In this document: positions 13,209 to 25,357 of the stretch, piece by piece
How positions within the stretch are numbered: the stretch's first letter is position 1
Layout: each line of letters opens with the position of its first letter
Assembly: GCA_002269645.1 (NCBI GenBank)
Contig: NIVC01000041.1
Coordinates: forward strand, 310,001-374,000
DNA length: 64,000 bases
Direction: 5' to 3'
Source of the DNA: Macrostomum lignano
Lineage: Eukaryota
Program-made: the position numbers and the translations under genes
The notes under the pieces: generated by a model
The model's database searches: none
What the model was told of the DNA's origin: nothing
Seen by the model: only the letters and a program-made list of their open reading frames with translations

Positions 13209-14113
13209 GGCCCAGCCAAAACGCAGGAAGCCAACCGACCTCAACAGCGGTGAGGCAGGCATCGTACAGACAGAGGCAGACAAGGAATTGCACAGCGGGC
13301 CAGCCGGGCAGCCAGCGCAGCCACATCAGAGCGAAGCTCAAGGCCAATAGCGGCCCAAATCTGGCCAGCAGGCGCAGCCGGCGTTCAACAATACGGCCGG
13401 CCCGCCGACCCGCCAGGGTGCCGCCGTCGCTCAGCCAGCCGAACACGTAGTCATTGACGGAGTTCCACACTAGAAATAGCAGCTCGGCCAGCCAGAATGA
13501 CGCCTGTGCGATGGAGAGGTTGGGACAGGCTCTAAGAATTTGTGAGTCCCCGACTGTCTCGCATTCGTCTTTGTGTCTCTCATTCCTGTCTGTGTCTTTC
13601 GTTCTTGTCTTTGTGTCTTTAGTTCTTGTCTCTATGGCTCTCATTCCTGTCTCTGTGTCTCTCATTCCTGTCTCTGTGTCTCTCATTCCTGTCTCTGTGT
13701 CTCTTATTCCTGTCTCTGTGTCTCTCATTCCTGTCTCTGTGTCTCTCATTCCTGTCTCTATGGCTCTCATTCCTGTCTCTGTCTCTTATTCCTGTCTCTG
13801 TGTCTCTCATTCCTGTCTCTGTGTCTCTCATTCCTGTCTCTATGGCTCTCATTCCTGTCTCTGTCTCTTATTCCTGTCTCTGTGTCTCTCATTCCTGCCT
13901 GTGTCGCAGGCCTCCTCTCCGCGTCTCTCAACCGCACTCCCTTGCTCTAGCTTTGCCCACCTTGTCCACCTGGAACACGTTCACATAAGCGTCCACGTGG
14001 TACAGCAGGAAGACATTCTGCAACAGCGAGGTGCAGAACGCCAGGCCGCCATAGTTCAACCAGACGGGCCTGAATGCGGCTGCTGGCGATTCGTTGGCCA
14101 AATGAGGCGACAT
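11327..14113 (-). CDS. MFSD13A: MFS transporter MFSD13A/TMEM180, about 502 aa; exons 14113-13961, 13503-13240, 12945-12229, 11701-11327
   Basis: Recognisable TMEM180 motifs (LLQNVFLLYHVD, FLVWNSVNDYVFGWLSD, QFLVCLCLYDA, FHCHFNSNFFPLF, RVFTEGVCKLLNLVVSDLVDED, LSKPGQTLAPL). Three phase-0 GT-AG introns join the ORFs in frame. Start codon could lie further upstream. Confidence 0.85.
11712..12180. repeat. 21-bp minisatellite TTGGGGTTGTGTGACAGGCGA in MFSD13A intron 3
   Basis: Tandem units. Confidence 0.95.
13040..13208. repeat. (AGAC)n microsatellite in MFSD13A intron 2
   Basis: Direct reading. Confidence 0.95.
13575..13900. repeat. 21-bp minisatellite CTCATTCCTGTCTCTGTGTCT in MFSD13A intron 1
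   Basis: Tandem units. Confidence 0.95.
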
Positions 14114-14334
14114 TCCGCTGCCTTGGTGGGACGGCGCGGTGAACAAAGGGGCGCCGGCGATGTCAGCGACTGCAGGCCAAATGGGACTGGGGCCGCGGCT
14201 TTGGCTGCAAAATGGATTTGTTGCAGTTTTTGTGTTTAAAAAGCACCAATCTTCTAATAGCATCGGTGTCTGATTAGCAAAATTATAGAGATACATTTCT
14301 GTGTAGAGATATTTTCAGTAGCTGTCTGCTATAT

Positions 14335-14930
14335 GACCTCCTGTCCTTCAGTGCCCGCTGCTGCTGCCCTCCGATCCTTCAGTGCCCGCTGCTGCTGCCC
14401 TCCGATCCTTCAGTGCCCGCTGCTGCTGCCCTCCCTCAGATCCTTCAGTGCCCGCTGCTGCTGCCCTCCGATCCTTCAGTGCCCGCTGCAGCCTCCCTCC
14501 GATCCTTAAGTGCCCACTGCTGCTGCACTCCGATCCTTCAGTGCCCGCTGCTGCTGCCCTCCAATCATTCAGTGCCCGCTGCTGCTGCCCTCCAATCCTT
14601 CAGTGCCCGCTGCTGCTGCCCTCCAATCATTCAGTGCCCGCTGCTGCTGCCCTCCCGATCCTTCAGTGCCCGCTGCTACTGCCCTCCGATCCTTCAGTGC
14701 CCGCTGCTGCTGCCCTCCCTCAGATCCTTCAGTGCCCGCTGCTGCCCTCCGATCCTTCAGTGCCCGCTGCTGCTGCCCTCCCTCAGATCCTTCAGTGCCC
14801 GCTGCTGCTGCCCTCCCTCAGATCCTTCAGTGCCCGCTGCTGCTGCCCTCCCTCAGATCCTTCAGTGCCCGCTGCTGCTGCCCTCCGATCCTTCAGTGCC
14901 CGCTGCTGCTGCCCTCAGGTCCTTCAGTGA
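14335..14930. repeat. About 28-35 bp minisatellite (CCTTCAGTGCCCGCTGCTGCTGCCCTCCGAT)
   Basis: Tandem units upstream of MFSD13A. Confidence 0.95.
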
Positions 14931-15493
14931 CTACTCTCCAAGATCCAAATGCAGCACACAAGTCGCTCACTCAGTGTTCAGACGCAATCGCCCGTGCAAA
15001 GGAAAGCTAGTTGAACGAGTATGCTTCGCTGTTCGACTCTGTTTCATTAGTGAATAATAGGCTTATTGAATGTTATAGCTGTTCTAAATTTACCCGCAAG
15101 ACTGAGTGTAGCGTGAAGTTTACTTAAGATTAAATCTGAATTGTAGCAGTTTTCTATATATTCTAGCGTCTATCTACTTAATGTTCACGCACACTTGGCT
15201 ACAGGCTATTTATGCTCAATTGATTTTTAATGCCGTTTAATTACAACCGAATGGCACGATTTAAGAATGAATTTAGATTGAGATTGGATTGAAATGAGAG
15301 CGCACACACACCCACACACTGCTCTCTGCTCCGAAGCCAGCTACAATAACTATATTTTTCTATTAAAACAGCGTATGCCACATGAAGCAAAAAAACGAAT
15401 TGAGACTTTTTGAAAAAAATTAGGATTATATGCCTAGATTTAGAATCCTTGATGCTACTATTAGAGGCTAAGATATCATTCTTATCCTTCATG

Positions 15494-16097
15494 ACATCTC
15501 AGCAACTCCCCATTCAGCCATTGCATCTCAGCAACTCCCCATTGAGCCAATTGGCATCTCAGCAACTCCCCATTGAGCCAATTGGCATCTCAGCAACTCC
15601 CCTATTGAACCAATTGGCATCTCAGCAACTCCCCATTGAGCCATGGCATCTCAGCAACTCCCCATTGAGCCAATTGGCATCTCAGCAACTCCCCATTGAG
15701 CCAATTGGCATCTCAGCAACTCCCCTATTGAACCAATTGGCATCTCAGCAAATCCCCATTGAGCCATGGAATCTCAGCAACTCCCCATTGAGCCAATTGG
15801 CATCTCAGCAACTCCCCATTGAGCCATGGCATCTCAGCAACTCCCCATTGAGCCAATTGGCATCTCAGCAACTCCCCATTGAGCCAATTGGCATCTCAGA
15901 AACTCCCCATTGAGCCAATTGGCATCTCAGCAACTCCCCATTGAGCCATGGCATCTCAGCAACTCCCCATTGAGTCGATTGGCATCTCAGCAACTTTCCA
16001 TTGAGCCATGGCATCTCAGCAACTCCCCATTGAGTCGATTGGCATCTCAGCAACTTTCCATTGAGCTATGACCTCTTAGCAACCCCCCATTGAGCCT
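15494..16097 (+). repeat. 29-31 bp minisatellite (GGCATCTCAGCAACTCCCCATTGAGCCA), copy 1
   Basis: Tandem units; same family as 24272-25015 in opposite orientation. Confidence 0.95.
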
Positions 16098-16382
16098 TGG
16101 CAATACTATTATATTGTAATAGTATTGCCATAGTAGAATACTATTATATAATGACAAAAGGTAATATATTTTGCATCTTTTAAGATATAATGTACTATTC
16201 ATATAGTCATTGAAAGCTTATTTACCTCTAAGGTAAAGGTATTTTTACTTGTTATTTATTATTTGCATATAAGGTCACAATCAAAAGCCACTCCTTTATA
16301 TTTACTTCTTTATACCTTAATACCTTAAATGCATTACTACTACCAGTATTATAATATAATTATTCTTCAACTTTACTCTAAT

Positions 16383-17168
16383 GGCTCATTCCATATAAGA
16401 TGGACATTTTTGGAAAATAAAAAAAGTCAATATTTTTGCTTGCCATTGCCTTATCAGCCAATTTTTTTACCAAATGTTTTTTATGTGTAATATCTACAAT
16501 CTAAGAATAAATGAATGATAAAATGTTAGATTAGTATGCTATCAAGTGGCAAAAAGTCATTTTTGTAAAAATTTAGACATTTTTCTAAGCAAAAGACATC
16601 ATTAAGTTTGTGTACCTTTTAAAAACAAATAGAAAGCTTTGGAAGGTTGAAACAAACTATAGATAAAAGTATAGTACTTGCATCATCAGATAAAAGTATT
16701 GGTGACCAAATAATCTATTATATTTTTAATATATTGGTACCTCAAAGTTACTGAATTGACAGAAAAAAATATGTTACGACCATAATGTTACGACCATAAG
16801 GCTGCCTTTTCTTTTGTATCTTTGTTGCCTTTTTGAGTTTATATATTCTACAAAAAGAGTATGATTACTAAAGATGTTCTTAGTCAAATTTTAAAAAATG
16901 TATTGCAAAATATCAAAAATAAAAATGTTATAAGACTTTTACCTTTAAGTTTCTATATGTCAAAAATCCTGTTGTTACGACCATAAGTGCCATTCAAGGT
17001 TTAATAGCATCCATACTAATGATGATATCTACATGAAACTCTATAAAAATATTTTTGACAAAATTATCTTTCATTTAAAATATTGGTTTAGTATATTCTA
17101 TTATTATATTTCATTTTATAAGTAAAAATAGCCTGTCATGTTACGACCATGCTTATATGGAATGAGCC
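16383..17168. mobile_element. Non-autonomous TIR element (MITE-like), 786 bp, superfamily unassigned
   Basis: 17-bp perfect TIR GGCTCATTCCATATAAG (16383-16399 and 17152-17168), flanked on both sides by TAAT; four internal copies of TGTTACGACCAT. Confidence 0.75.
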
Positions 17169-17287
17169 TAATAATGATATTTTATAGGGCACATATTCAA
17201 GAATTAATTAGCATACTTAGTGTATCAAAAATTCTCTATAGTGCATAGGCCCTTATTACAATTATCTTACTAGAAAGGTTTTATAAA

Positions 17288-17314
17288 TAATTATATATAT
17301 ATGTATATATATAT

Positions 17315-17345
<31 letters not shown>
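17288..17345. repeat. (TA)n microsatellite
   Basis: Direct reading. Confidence 0.9.
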
Positions 17346-17346
<1 letters not shown>

Positions 17347-17448
17347 CAAACTAGAGTTAAAATTGGATCTCAATCTTAAAATCCTAGAATTTTATCAATA
17401 ATTAAGATCTGAAACCTACCTAATTCCAAAATGATAAAATATTGATTA

Positions 17449-17689
17449 CAGTGGCATACATAGGATTTTGCATTGTGGGAGCTGCCATTAACAAGTTAAC
17501 AAGTTGTGACAATAAAGGAGTCAGGACCTTTTTTGAATGCAATAATAAAAGACCTTTTTGGGCAAGAGTTATAAGAACAAAGGACTTTGTAAGTATAGCC
17601 ATACCAATAAAAAGTGGAGAGCAGTACTTAGCCTAGTGGCTATAGGCCCCCTGGCCTCCCCCTCCTTTGTATATAAGCATATGCCACTG
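17449..17689. mobile_element. hAT-type MITE, 241 bp
   Basis: TIR CAGTGGCATA...TATGCCACTG with a perfect 8-bp target-site duplication ATTGATTA (17441-17448 and 17690-17697). Confidence 0.85.
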
Positions 17690-18726
17690 ATTGATTACAT
17701 CTAACCTCTACTTCATTGGGGCCTAATATCAAAATCATAGGGTTGCCAAGTATTTTGGTACTTGGCACTTCAGTACCCCATCCAGTTTAGGGGCCTATTC
17801 TTTAGTGCCCAAATTTTATAAACAATATCTTACTTTAAATAAAGAACTGCTAGGTTCTTAATCTATCAATCAAAGACAATAAATTTTCTAGTAAAGGGAG
17901 ACTGTTTCACTATCTGCTATTTATATATTATTGATACTATAATCTATTATTATAACTATGACTATGGCTATGACTGGTAAAAATGTTACGCCAGGAAAGG
18001 GACTAAGCATACTACTATAATAGGAGGGACCAAGCTAGGGAACTAGCAATGGTTCCAAGCAATAAATTAGTGACACAAATATAAAATAAAATAAGCAAAA
18101 AACAAACAAGACTTTTACTTTTTTCTTTTACATTGGTACTATTACTATATTACTAAGTTAAGTCCAGTTAATGACTAAAGTTCGCATTTTAGTTGATTGG
18201 CCTGCAATAAACTGGAAGACAAATATGTGAAAATAATATTTGAATAGTTTATCTAAATAATGACTTTAACGAACATGAAAAATAACTTGCAGGCGCATAA
18301 TATTTTACCGTAATTTTTTGATTTATTCATTCTTCATTCTGGAGCCCTTTAAAGAATAAATGATGCGGCCATTTCAAATTAAAAATATAACCGAAGCTAC
18401 AAAAAATAAAACAAGTAAAAGGTTTACTCTTGTGATTATGAGACGTTTTTTGTATAATATAATTACAGAATTTTTTTATTTTAAAATATAGCATTTTTAA
18501 GCCAATTGAGTCTAGGAGCAAGCAATTAAATCCTTAGTGGAAAAATCAAGCTATTGAAGACTTGCTTTTCATTGTCTATGGCCCGAAAGGGGGTCTATGG
18601 AGCAACCAATTTGAGAATTTGGGCGCGCTATTAATCTTTTCACAGTTGTGCAAGCCTTAGACAATAGAAAATAACAGATTTCATTAGACAAAGATATGGT
18701 AGACGAAGAATTTATCGAGCAGAGCT

Positions 18727-19640
18727 GTGACGAAAGTTTTGCTACAGCCCAAGATTGCAGTGGATGAGCAGAATCCTGCAGGGCGAGAACCCTATTGCAA
18801 GATAAGCAACGAAAAGTACGACCTGATTGTCGCTGCCATTGAGAGAGGTGATAGTGCTGAGCACATTTCGCGATGTCTGGACGTAAAGAGAAAACCAGTG
18901 TATTCTATCAGGCGTCGCTATGAAAATCACGGGACGCCGGGACCGCGCACGACGGGGTGGAGATCGAGCATCGAAATTGGAAGAGCAACACATCCAACCG
19001 CTTCGCACCTATCCAGGCCTCGAAGTGAGTACTACAACTGTAAGCCAGACCTTGGACAAACAGCTGATTACATTGAAGTGCCTTGGCCGAGACACCGATG
19101 TGCCAGTGGTCAGGAATAAATCCTGAAAACCGGGCGCCGACGAGAATTTGCTCACTGGCTCACTGGTGTTCCATCTGAACGTCACCTCATCTATGTTGAT
19201 GAGACCGGTTTCAACATTTGGACTCGCCGGTCCCAAGGACGCAGCAGACGTGGCCAGCGAGTCCGACGTGTCTTGCACACGCAGCGTGGGGTTCAGATCA
19301 ATGTCCTGCAAGCAGTGGCACCAAATCTCGGCTTGGTACACCACAAGATTGTCGGTCACACACTGACTGCAAACGTGTTTCAAGCATTTGTCGAGAAGCT
19401 GCTCCATGCTGTCAACAATCGAGATGACGTAGACAATGCCGACAACTTCTTAGTCATCATTGATGGAGCTCGCTTCCATAACGGGCTGAGGATCCCCAGC
19501 AGTTTGAGCTGAACTGGCAGGTTGCAGTACTGCCTCCATATTCTCCATTTCTGAACCCGACCGAGTGTGCGCATTTCTGTTTGAAGGCGGCCATCAAGCG
19601 GGAACTTGCGCAGCCACAGGTGTGTAGAGATCTCCAAATA
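18727..19640 (+). mobile_element. Frameshifted Tc1/mariner-IS630-like DDE transposase
   Basis: Across frames: an N-terminal HTH-like segment (SAEHISRCLDVKRKPVYSIRRRY), then IYVDETGF, VIIDGARFH and LPPYSPFLNPTE, giving a DD(about 33-34)E triad. Several frameshifts; no clear TIRs. Confidence 0.85.
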
Positions 19641-20989
19641 CGATACAAAGTAAACTACTATAAGTAACATAGACAAAGCCTACTGGCAATGCTTCTGATT
19701 GTCGCACGTTCAATATGCTTTGACCATAGACTAATGATCTGATTTATAATAATCAATGATGTTTATTTCTCGCTTCACGATGTAGTTGAAAAAGCGGCCC
19801 TGATGCAGACGAGGCTTGATGCTGAATACAGTTCGCCATTGGGCTTGGCTGGAGCTTCTGCAGCTGGAGAAGCTTAACGAGCACCTATATGTCTTTACTA
19901 TTTTTCCAAAACGCTATGTTTGCCAAAATAGTAAAGACGTAGGTGCTCGTTAAGCTTCTCCAGCTCCACCGTTCGTAGAACATCCAGAGGTGGCCCAGGG
20001 AGTTCATGTAGCTCGCAAACTTCTCTCCATGCTGTTGCATTTGATCTCGCGTAGTTCTAGGGCGAGAATCCAAATCCATCTTGTCAAGACACTCACGCTG
20101 GCACCGTCTGTCGAGGCGCTGGCAGAGAGCGGAAGATCTGGCAGCTCTACTCCCGCGATGTTGTTGTCATTGTTGCTAAAGTCGCTGATAAACTTAATAA
20201 ATCGTTCCAGTTCTTTATCCTTGCTGTTGTCTTCATGGCTCAACTCGCTTATCAGCGCCATCGACGGAATCTCTGCCGAAGATGCCGGTGCGCCACCTGT
20301 GCAATATGCTACGATTAGCGACGAAAAGCATAGGTTGATCATCTATCTAACCTGTGAAGTGCGGCGGCTGGTTCAGGCAGATGCTGCATGCGCCATGTTG
20401 TGCGCTGCATCGCTGGGGAGGTGATTATGTAACTTACTGAAGTCTAAACGTACATGTAAAAACTTTTCTGTCGTGTGTTTCTTTATATGCAGGTTTCGTT
20501 AAGTGAACTTCTTTGCTGAACCTTGTTCTACGTCGTAACTTTTTTATAGGGAGCTTCCTGGTTGGTTTGGTTGGAGGCATGCGTGAAATAAATGGAAGGG
20601 CCGAGCAAGATAGTGCTTAAATGAGTGCTCCAAGGATTAAATTGCCCGCCGGGTTGACACACTTTTTACCATAGACAACTAGCAGTGAGGCTCAAAATGC
20701 ATGTGTTTTTGCTATCTTGGATTAAATTGCTTGCTCGTAGTCTCTACTAGCTTGCAAAATGCTATATTGTCTATATGGTTTCATCATGGCGAAGCCACTC
20801 GTGGCGATTGAGCGTTGTCTTACTCTGAAACCAAATATACAACTTACCATTGCCGAATGGTACATGTATAGCCAACAAGAGAATGCAATTAATCATGGTT
20901 TTTACCATGATAGACGTAAAGCACTCTAAATAAAAATTCTTGGTACATCAATCAGCCTGCAGACACTCTCAAGCCGTGCACTATCTCTC

Positions 20990-21340
20990 CATCAATAATC
21001 TTGGGGACTCAGCTTCCGGATCCCGTTGGTCTGAAGCTCACGGCTGATTAATTCAGGGCCATTATCGGACACGAGCAATTCTGGAACACCGAAGTGTGTG
21101 AAGACTGTGCGAAGTGTGGTGATCAGTAGCAAAGGTGATTTTGGCGTTGGCCGTAACACTGAAATCTTGGTTGGCGTCTATGAGATTGCGACCCAAGCAA
21201 GCTAAATGATTTGAAGGCCTGGCCTACGGTCAGGTTGGCCGGGTCGGTCCGCGATATTCAATGAGATTGGACAGTCGTCCTAAGACACGCAACTCGTGGC
21301 CATTGTAGGTAGGCTTGTAGGTAAAATTGACAGCGGTTCC
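20990..21340 (-). mobile_element. Degenerate Ty3/gypsy integrase (rve) fragment
   Basis: Minus-strand translation LITTLRTVFTHFGVPELLVSDNGPELISRELQTNGIRKLSP matches the integrase core pattern FG.P..+VSDNGP.F; a decayed IEYRGP (compare IDYAGP) lies upstream. Confidence 0.7.
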
Positions 21341-21427
21341 AACGGGGGGTCTTTTGAGGCTTTTCCCACAGCTCCGATGACAACGCTGATGGCAGTACCT
21401 GTATAATTACTTTACTTACGCACAATA

Positions 21428-21718
<291 letters not shown>

Positions 21719-22391
21719 TTATTACTTTTACTGCAGCAAGATTAGCACAATTCCCATCTCTATTTTATTTTTTCATAAAATACAATAGAAATAGAAAGCT
21801 GTTCGTTTGTTCTGAGTCCACAATATCTGTTTAAACTGCGATATTGATTACATTCTCGACTGTCTTCTGTTAACATGTATACGGTTACATTAGCCCGATC
21901 TCAGCTGCAGCTATGCCTTGATGCCTTGTATTTGCTCAAACATTTCCGAAAAAAATTGTACCCAACCAATGCCAACAAAGAGTAGAATTTCCCAGAACGA
22001 ATTGCTCAAAGGGTAACGTGATCGCTTACCGTTTTGTTATGTTTATAGACCCAACCTAAAAATACCTACTGAATTACAATGTATACTGCATGGTTCATTG
22101 TTTCAAGTACAAATGTATTTTCTTAACTATTGTACTTAAAACATTGTTGAGTAATGGAAACATTATGTGGTTATATACACGCAAAGGTTCTGTTCAGCAA
22201 TATACTCGTAATTATTAAACCCGCGTCTTCATAATCTATTAGAAATAGAAAATTTTTTATGGATTGGAAAGCTTAATTATCCTGACAAGATACGTACTGT
22301 AACGAATTTGCTACAGGCAAATCTATATTTTCATTTTGTCATTGAGGTGGTAGGTACATACATAGAAAAACAGTACACAGCGGTGAGTCAT

Positions 22392-23432
22392 CTGTCACAG
22401 ACGCTACAAACACTGTCAAAGATGCTGCAGACACTGTAACAGACGCTATAGACACTGTCACATATGCTCCAGACACTGTAACAGATGCTACAGACACTGT
22501 CACAGACGCTATAGACACTGTCACATATGCTCCAGACACTGTAACAGATGCTACAGACACTGTCACAATTGCTACAGACACTGTAACAGATGCTACAGAC
22601 ACGGTCACAGACGCTATAGACACTGTCACAATTGCTACAGACACTGTAACAGATGCTACAGACACCGTAACAGATGCTACAGACACTGTCACAATTTCTA
22701 CAGACACCGTAACAGATGCAACAGACACTGTAACAGATGCTACAGACACCGTAACAGATGCTACAGACACGGTCACAGATGCTACAGACACTGTCACAGA
22801 TGCTACAGACACTGTCACAGATGCTACAGACACTGTAACAGATGCTACAGACACGGTCACAGATGCTACAGACACCGTAACAGATGCTACAGACACGGTC
22901 ACAGATGCTACAGACACTGTCACAGATGCTACAGACACTGTCACAGATGCTACAGACACTGTAACAGATGCTACAGACACTGTCACAGATGCTACAGACA
23001 CCGTAACAGATGCTACAGACACGGTCACAGATGCTACAGACACTGTCACAGATGCTACAGACACCGTAACAGATGCTACAGACACGGTCACAGATGCTAC
23101 AGACACTGTCACAGATGCTACAGACACTGTCACAGATGCTACAGACACTGTAACAGATGCTACAGACACTGTCACAGATGCTACAGACACCGTAACAGAT
23201 GCTACAGACACGGTCACAGATGCTACAGACACTGTCACAGATGCTACAGACACTGTCACAGATGCTACAGACACTGTCACAGATGCTACAGACACCGTAA
23301 CAGATGCTACAGACACGGTCACAGATGCTACAGACACCGTAACAGATGCTACAGACACTGTCACAGATGCTACAGACACCGTAACAGATGCTACAGACAC
23401 GGTCACAGATGCTACAGACACTGTCACAGATG
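22392..23432. repeat. 21-bp minisatellite ACAGATGCTACAGACACTGTC
   Basis: Tandem units; explains the VTVSVAS-repeat pseudo-ORFs. Confidence 0.97.
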
Positions 23433-23516
23433 CCGTTCTTCATACTGTACTTCTAGATTACAACAGAACATTAAATCATCCTTCTTCATTCTTGATTTGT
23501 TGACTTGCTGAAGCTG

Positions 23517-25357
23517 TCAGCACAGCGAGTCGAGTTGCTGCATCTCGGCCTCGGTCAGGGCGGCTCCGGCGATTGCGTAACAAATCACGTGACCATTCAG
23601 CGGCTCCACCGTGTTGTAGCCGATACGAAGTCGGGCGTCGCCGGTCTCAACGCCAGCATCCGGCGAGACAGAGGTCGACGAAGGCGAAGTCAATCGGATT
23701 TTGCCGGCTCCACCGACAAAGTACTTATAGGTGAGGGTCGCGGGTTCGAACGCCAGGCCCAGGCTGATAGAGGCGGGAGAATCGGGGTCCAAGCTGACGG
23801 CGAGTCCGGCGAATCCGTTGGCTTGGCGCTGCTCGGGCCGGACGGATCGCTGCATGAATTCGGTGCCGTTGCTGCGCAGCTTCCAGAAGCCGGTCGGCGA
23901 GTCCACAGTGGAATTGAAAACCGTGTGCAGACCAACTGGCAGAAAATTCGCTAATTGGAATCCGGCAAAAAACTTCGCAAAGTAGGAGAATCCGTTAGTA
24001 GAGGCGTTCAGATGCAGCGGGCCGGCGATGTCGATGTAGGCGGCCAGGTTAGCGGCGAAGAACGCCCCGTTGCGGCTGCGGTTGACGTTGACCGGTACAG
24101 CCGCAGGGAGCGGCGGCAAGGCCGAACCGCTGCTAGCGGCTAAATTGTCAAACGAGATCCGAAAATTGTAGAATGCCCGGAGCTTGCTGGCCAGAGAGGC
24201 CGGCAGAAGAGCTCGCTTGATGTGGGTCAGGCAGGCAGCTGGAGCGGCGGCGGCCTGCGGCGTTTTTGAGCTGGGGAGTTGCTGAGATGCCATGGCTCAA
24301 TGGGGAGTTGCTGAGATGCCATGGCTCAATGGGGAGTTGCTGAGATGCCAATTGGTTCAATGGGGAGTTGCTGAGATGCCAATTGGCTCAATGGGGAGTT
24401 GCTGAGATGCCATGGCTCAATGGGGAGTTGCTGAGATGCCAATTGGCTCAATGGGGAGTTGCTGAGATGCCAATTGGCTCAATGGGGAGTTGCTGAGATG
24501 CGAATTGGATCAATGGGGAGTTGCTGAGATGCCATGGCTCAATGGGGAGTTGCTGAGATGCCATGGCTCAATGGGGAGTTGCTGAGATGCCAATCGACTC
24601 AATGGGGAGTTGCTGAGATGCCAAGGATCAATGGGGAGTTGCTGAGATGCCAATCGACTCAATGGGGAGTTGCTGAGATGCCAAGGATCAATGGGGAGTT
24701 GCTGAGATGCCAAGGATCAATGGGGAGTTGCTGAGATGCCAATCGACTCAATGGGGAGTTGCTGAGATGCCAAGGATCAATGGGGAGTTGCTGAGATGCC
24801 AAGGATCAATGGGGAGTTGCTGAGATGCCAAGGATCAATGGAGAGTTGCTGAGATGCCATGGCTCAATGGGGAGTTGCTGAGATGCCAATTGGCTCAATC
24901 GGGAGTTGCTGAGATGCCATGGCTCAATGGGGAGTTGCTGAGATGCCATGGCTCAAAGGGGAGTTGCTGAGATGCCATGGCTCAATGGGGAGTCGCTGAG
25001 ATGCCATGACTCAATAGGGGATGTTGAGAAGTTCAATAGGGTGGTTTGGGAAGTTTCGCTAATCTGTCCACGCTGTCTCACCTGCCAGACGCTGTCGGCA
25101 GTCCAGTTCGCGTAGCTGCCCAGATAGCAGACGCCGCTGTCGGAGTCGCGGCTGACAGCAGCGCAGTCGGCCCTGACAGCGCACTCGACCACGCAGCTAC
25201 GCCGATCCGTTGCGCCAGACACAGTCGGCAGAGCGGCCCGGCCAGCCGCTGTCGGACAGGACGCCTCGGACTTAAAGGTCACGGTGGCAGCGTTGACAGT
25301 TGCTAGAGCAGTGCTCAGCGCCACAGTCAGAATTGCAGTAAAGTACAGCTCAGCCAT
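23517..25357 (-). CDS. Secreted PAN/apple plus LamG/pentraxin-like protein, paralog A, about 337 aa; exons 25357-25082, 24254-23517
   Basis: Signal peptide MAELYFTAILTVALSTALA; PAN-type Cys pattern SC..EC....DC.......C.LG; C-terminal jelly-roll-like region ending ALTEAEMQQLDSLC. Phase-0 intron TGGCAG|GTGAGA...CCGCAG|GCC. Confidence 0.75.
24272..25015 (-). repeat. 29-31 bp minisatellite (GGCATCTCAGCAACTCCCCATTGAGCCA), copy 2, inside the intron of PAN paralog A
   Basis: Reverse complement of the 15494-16097 unit. Confidence 0.95.

Noticed and set aside
17735-17760. TAGGGTTGCCA hAT-like terminus
   Set aside because: No matching opposite end found.
19950-20030. NPY/NPF-like spacing in YMNSLGHLWMFYER and a signal-like ORF start at 20342
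   Set aside because: No RxRF/Y-G-K/R amidation and cleavage site or matching downstream exon found; the segments are in different frames.
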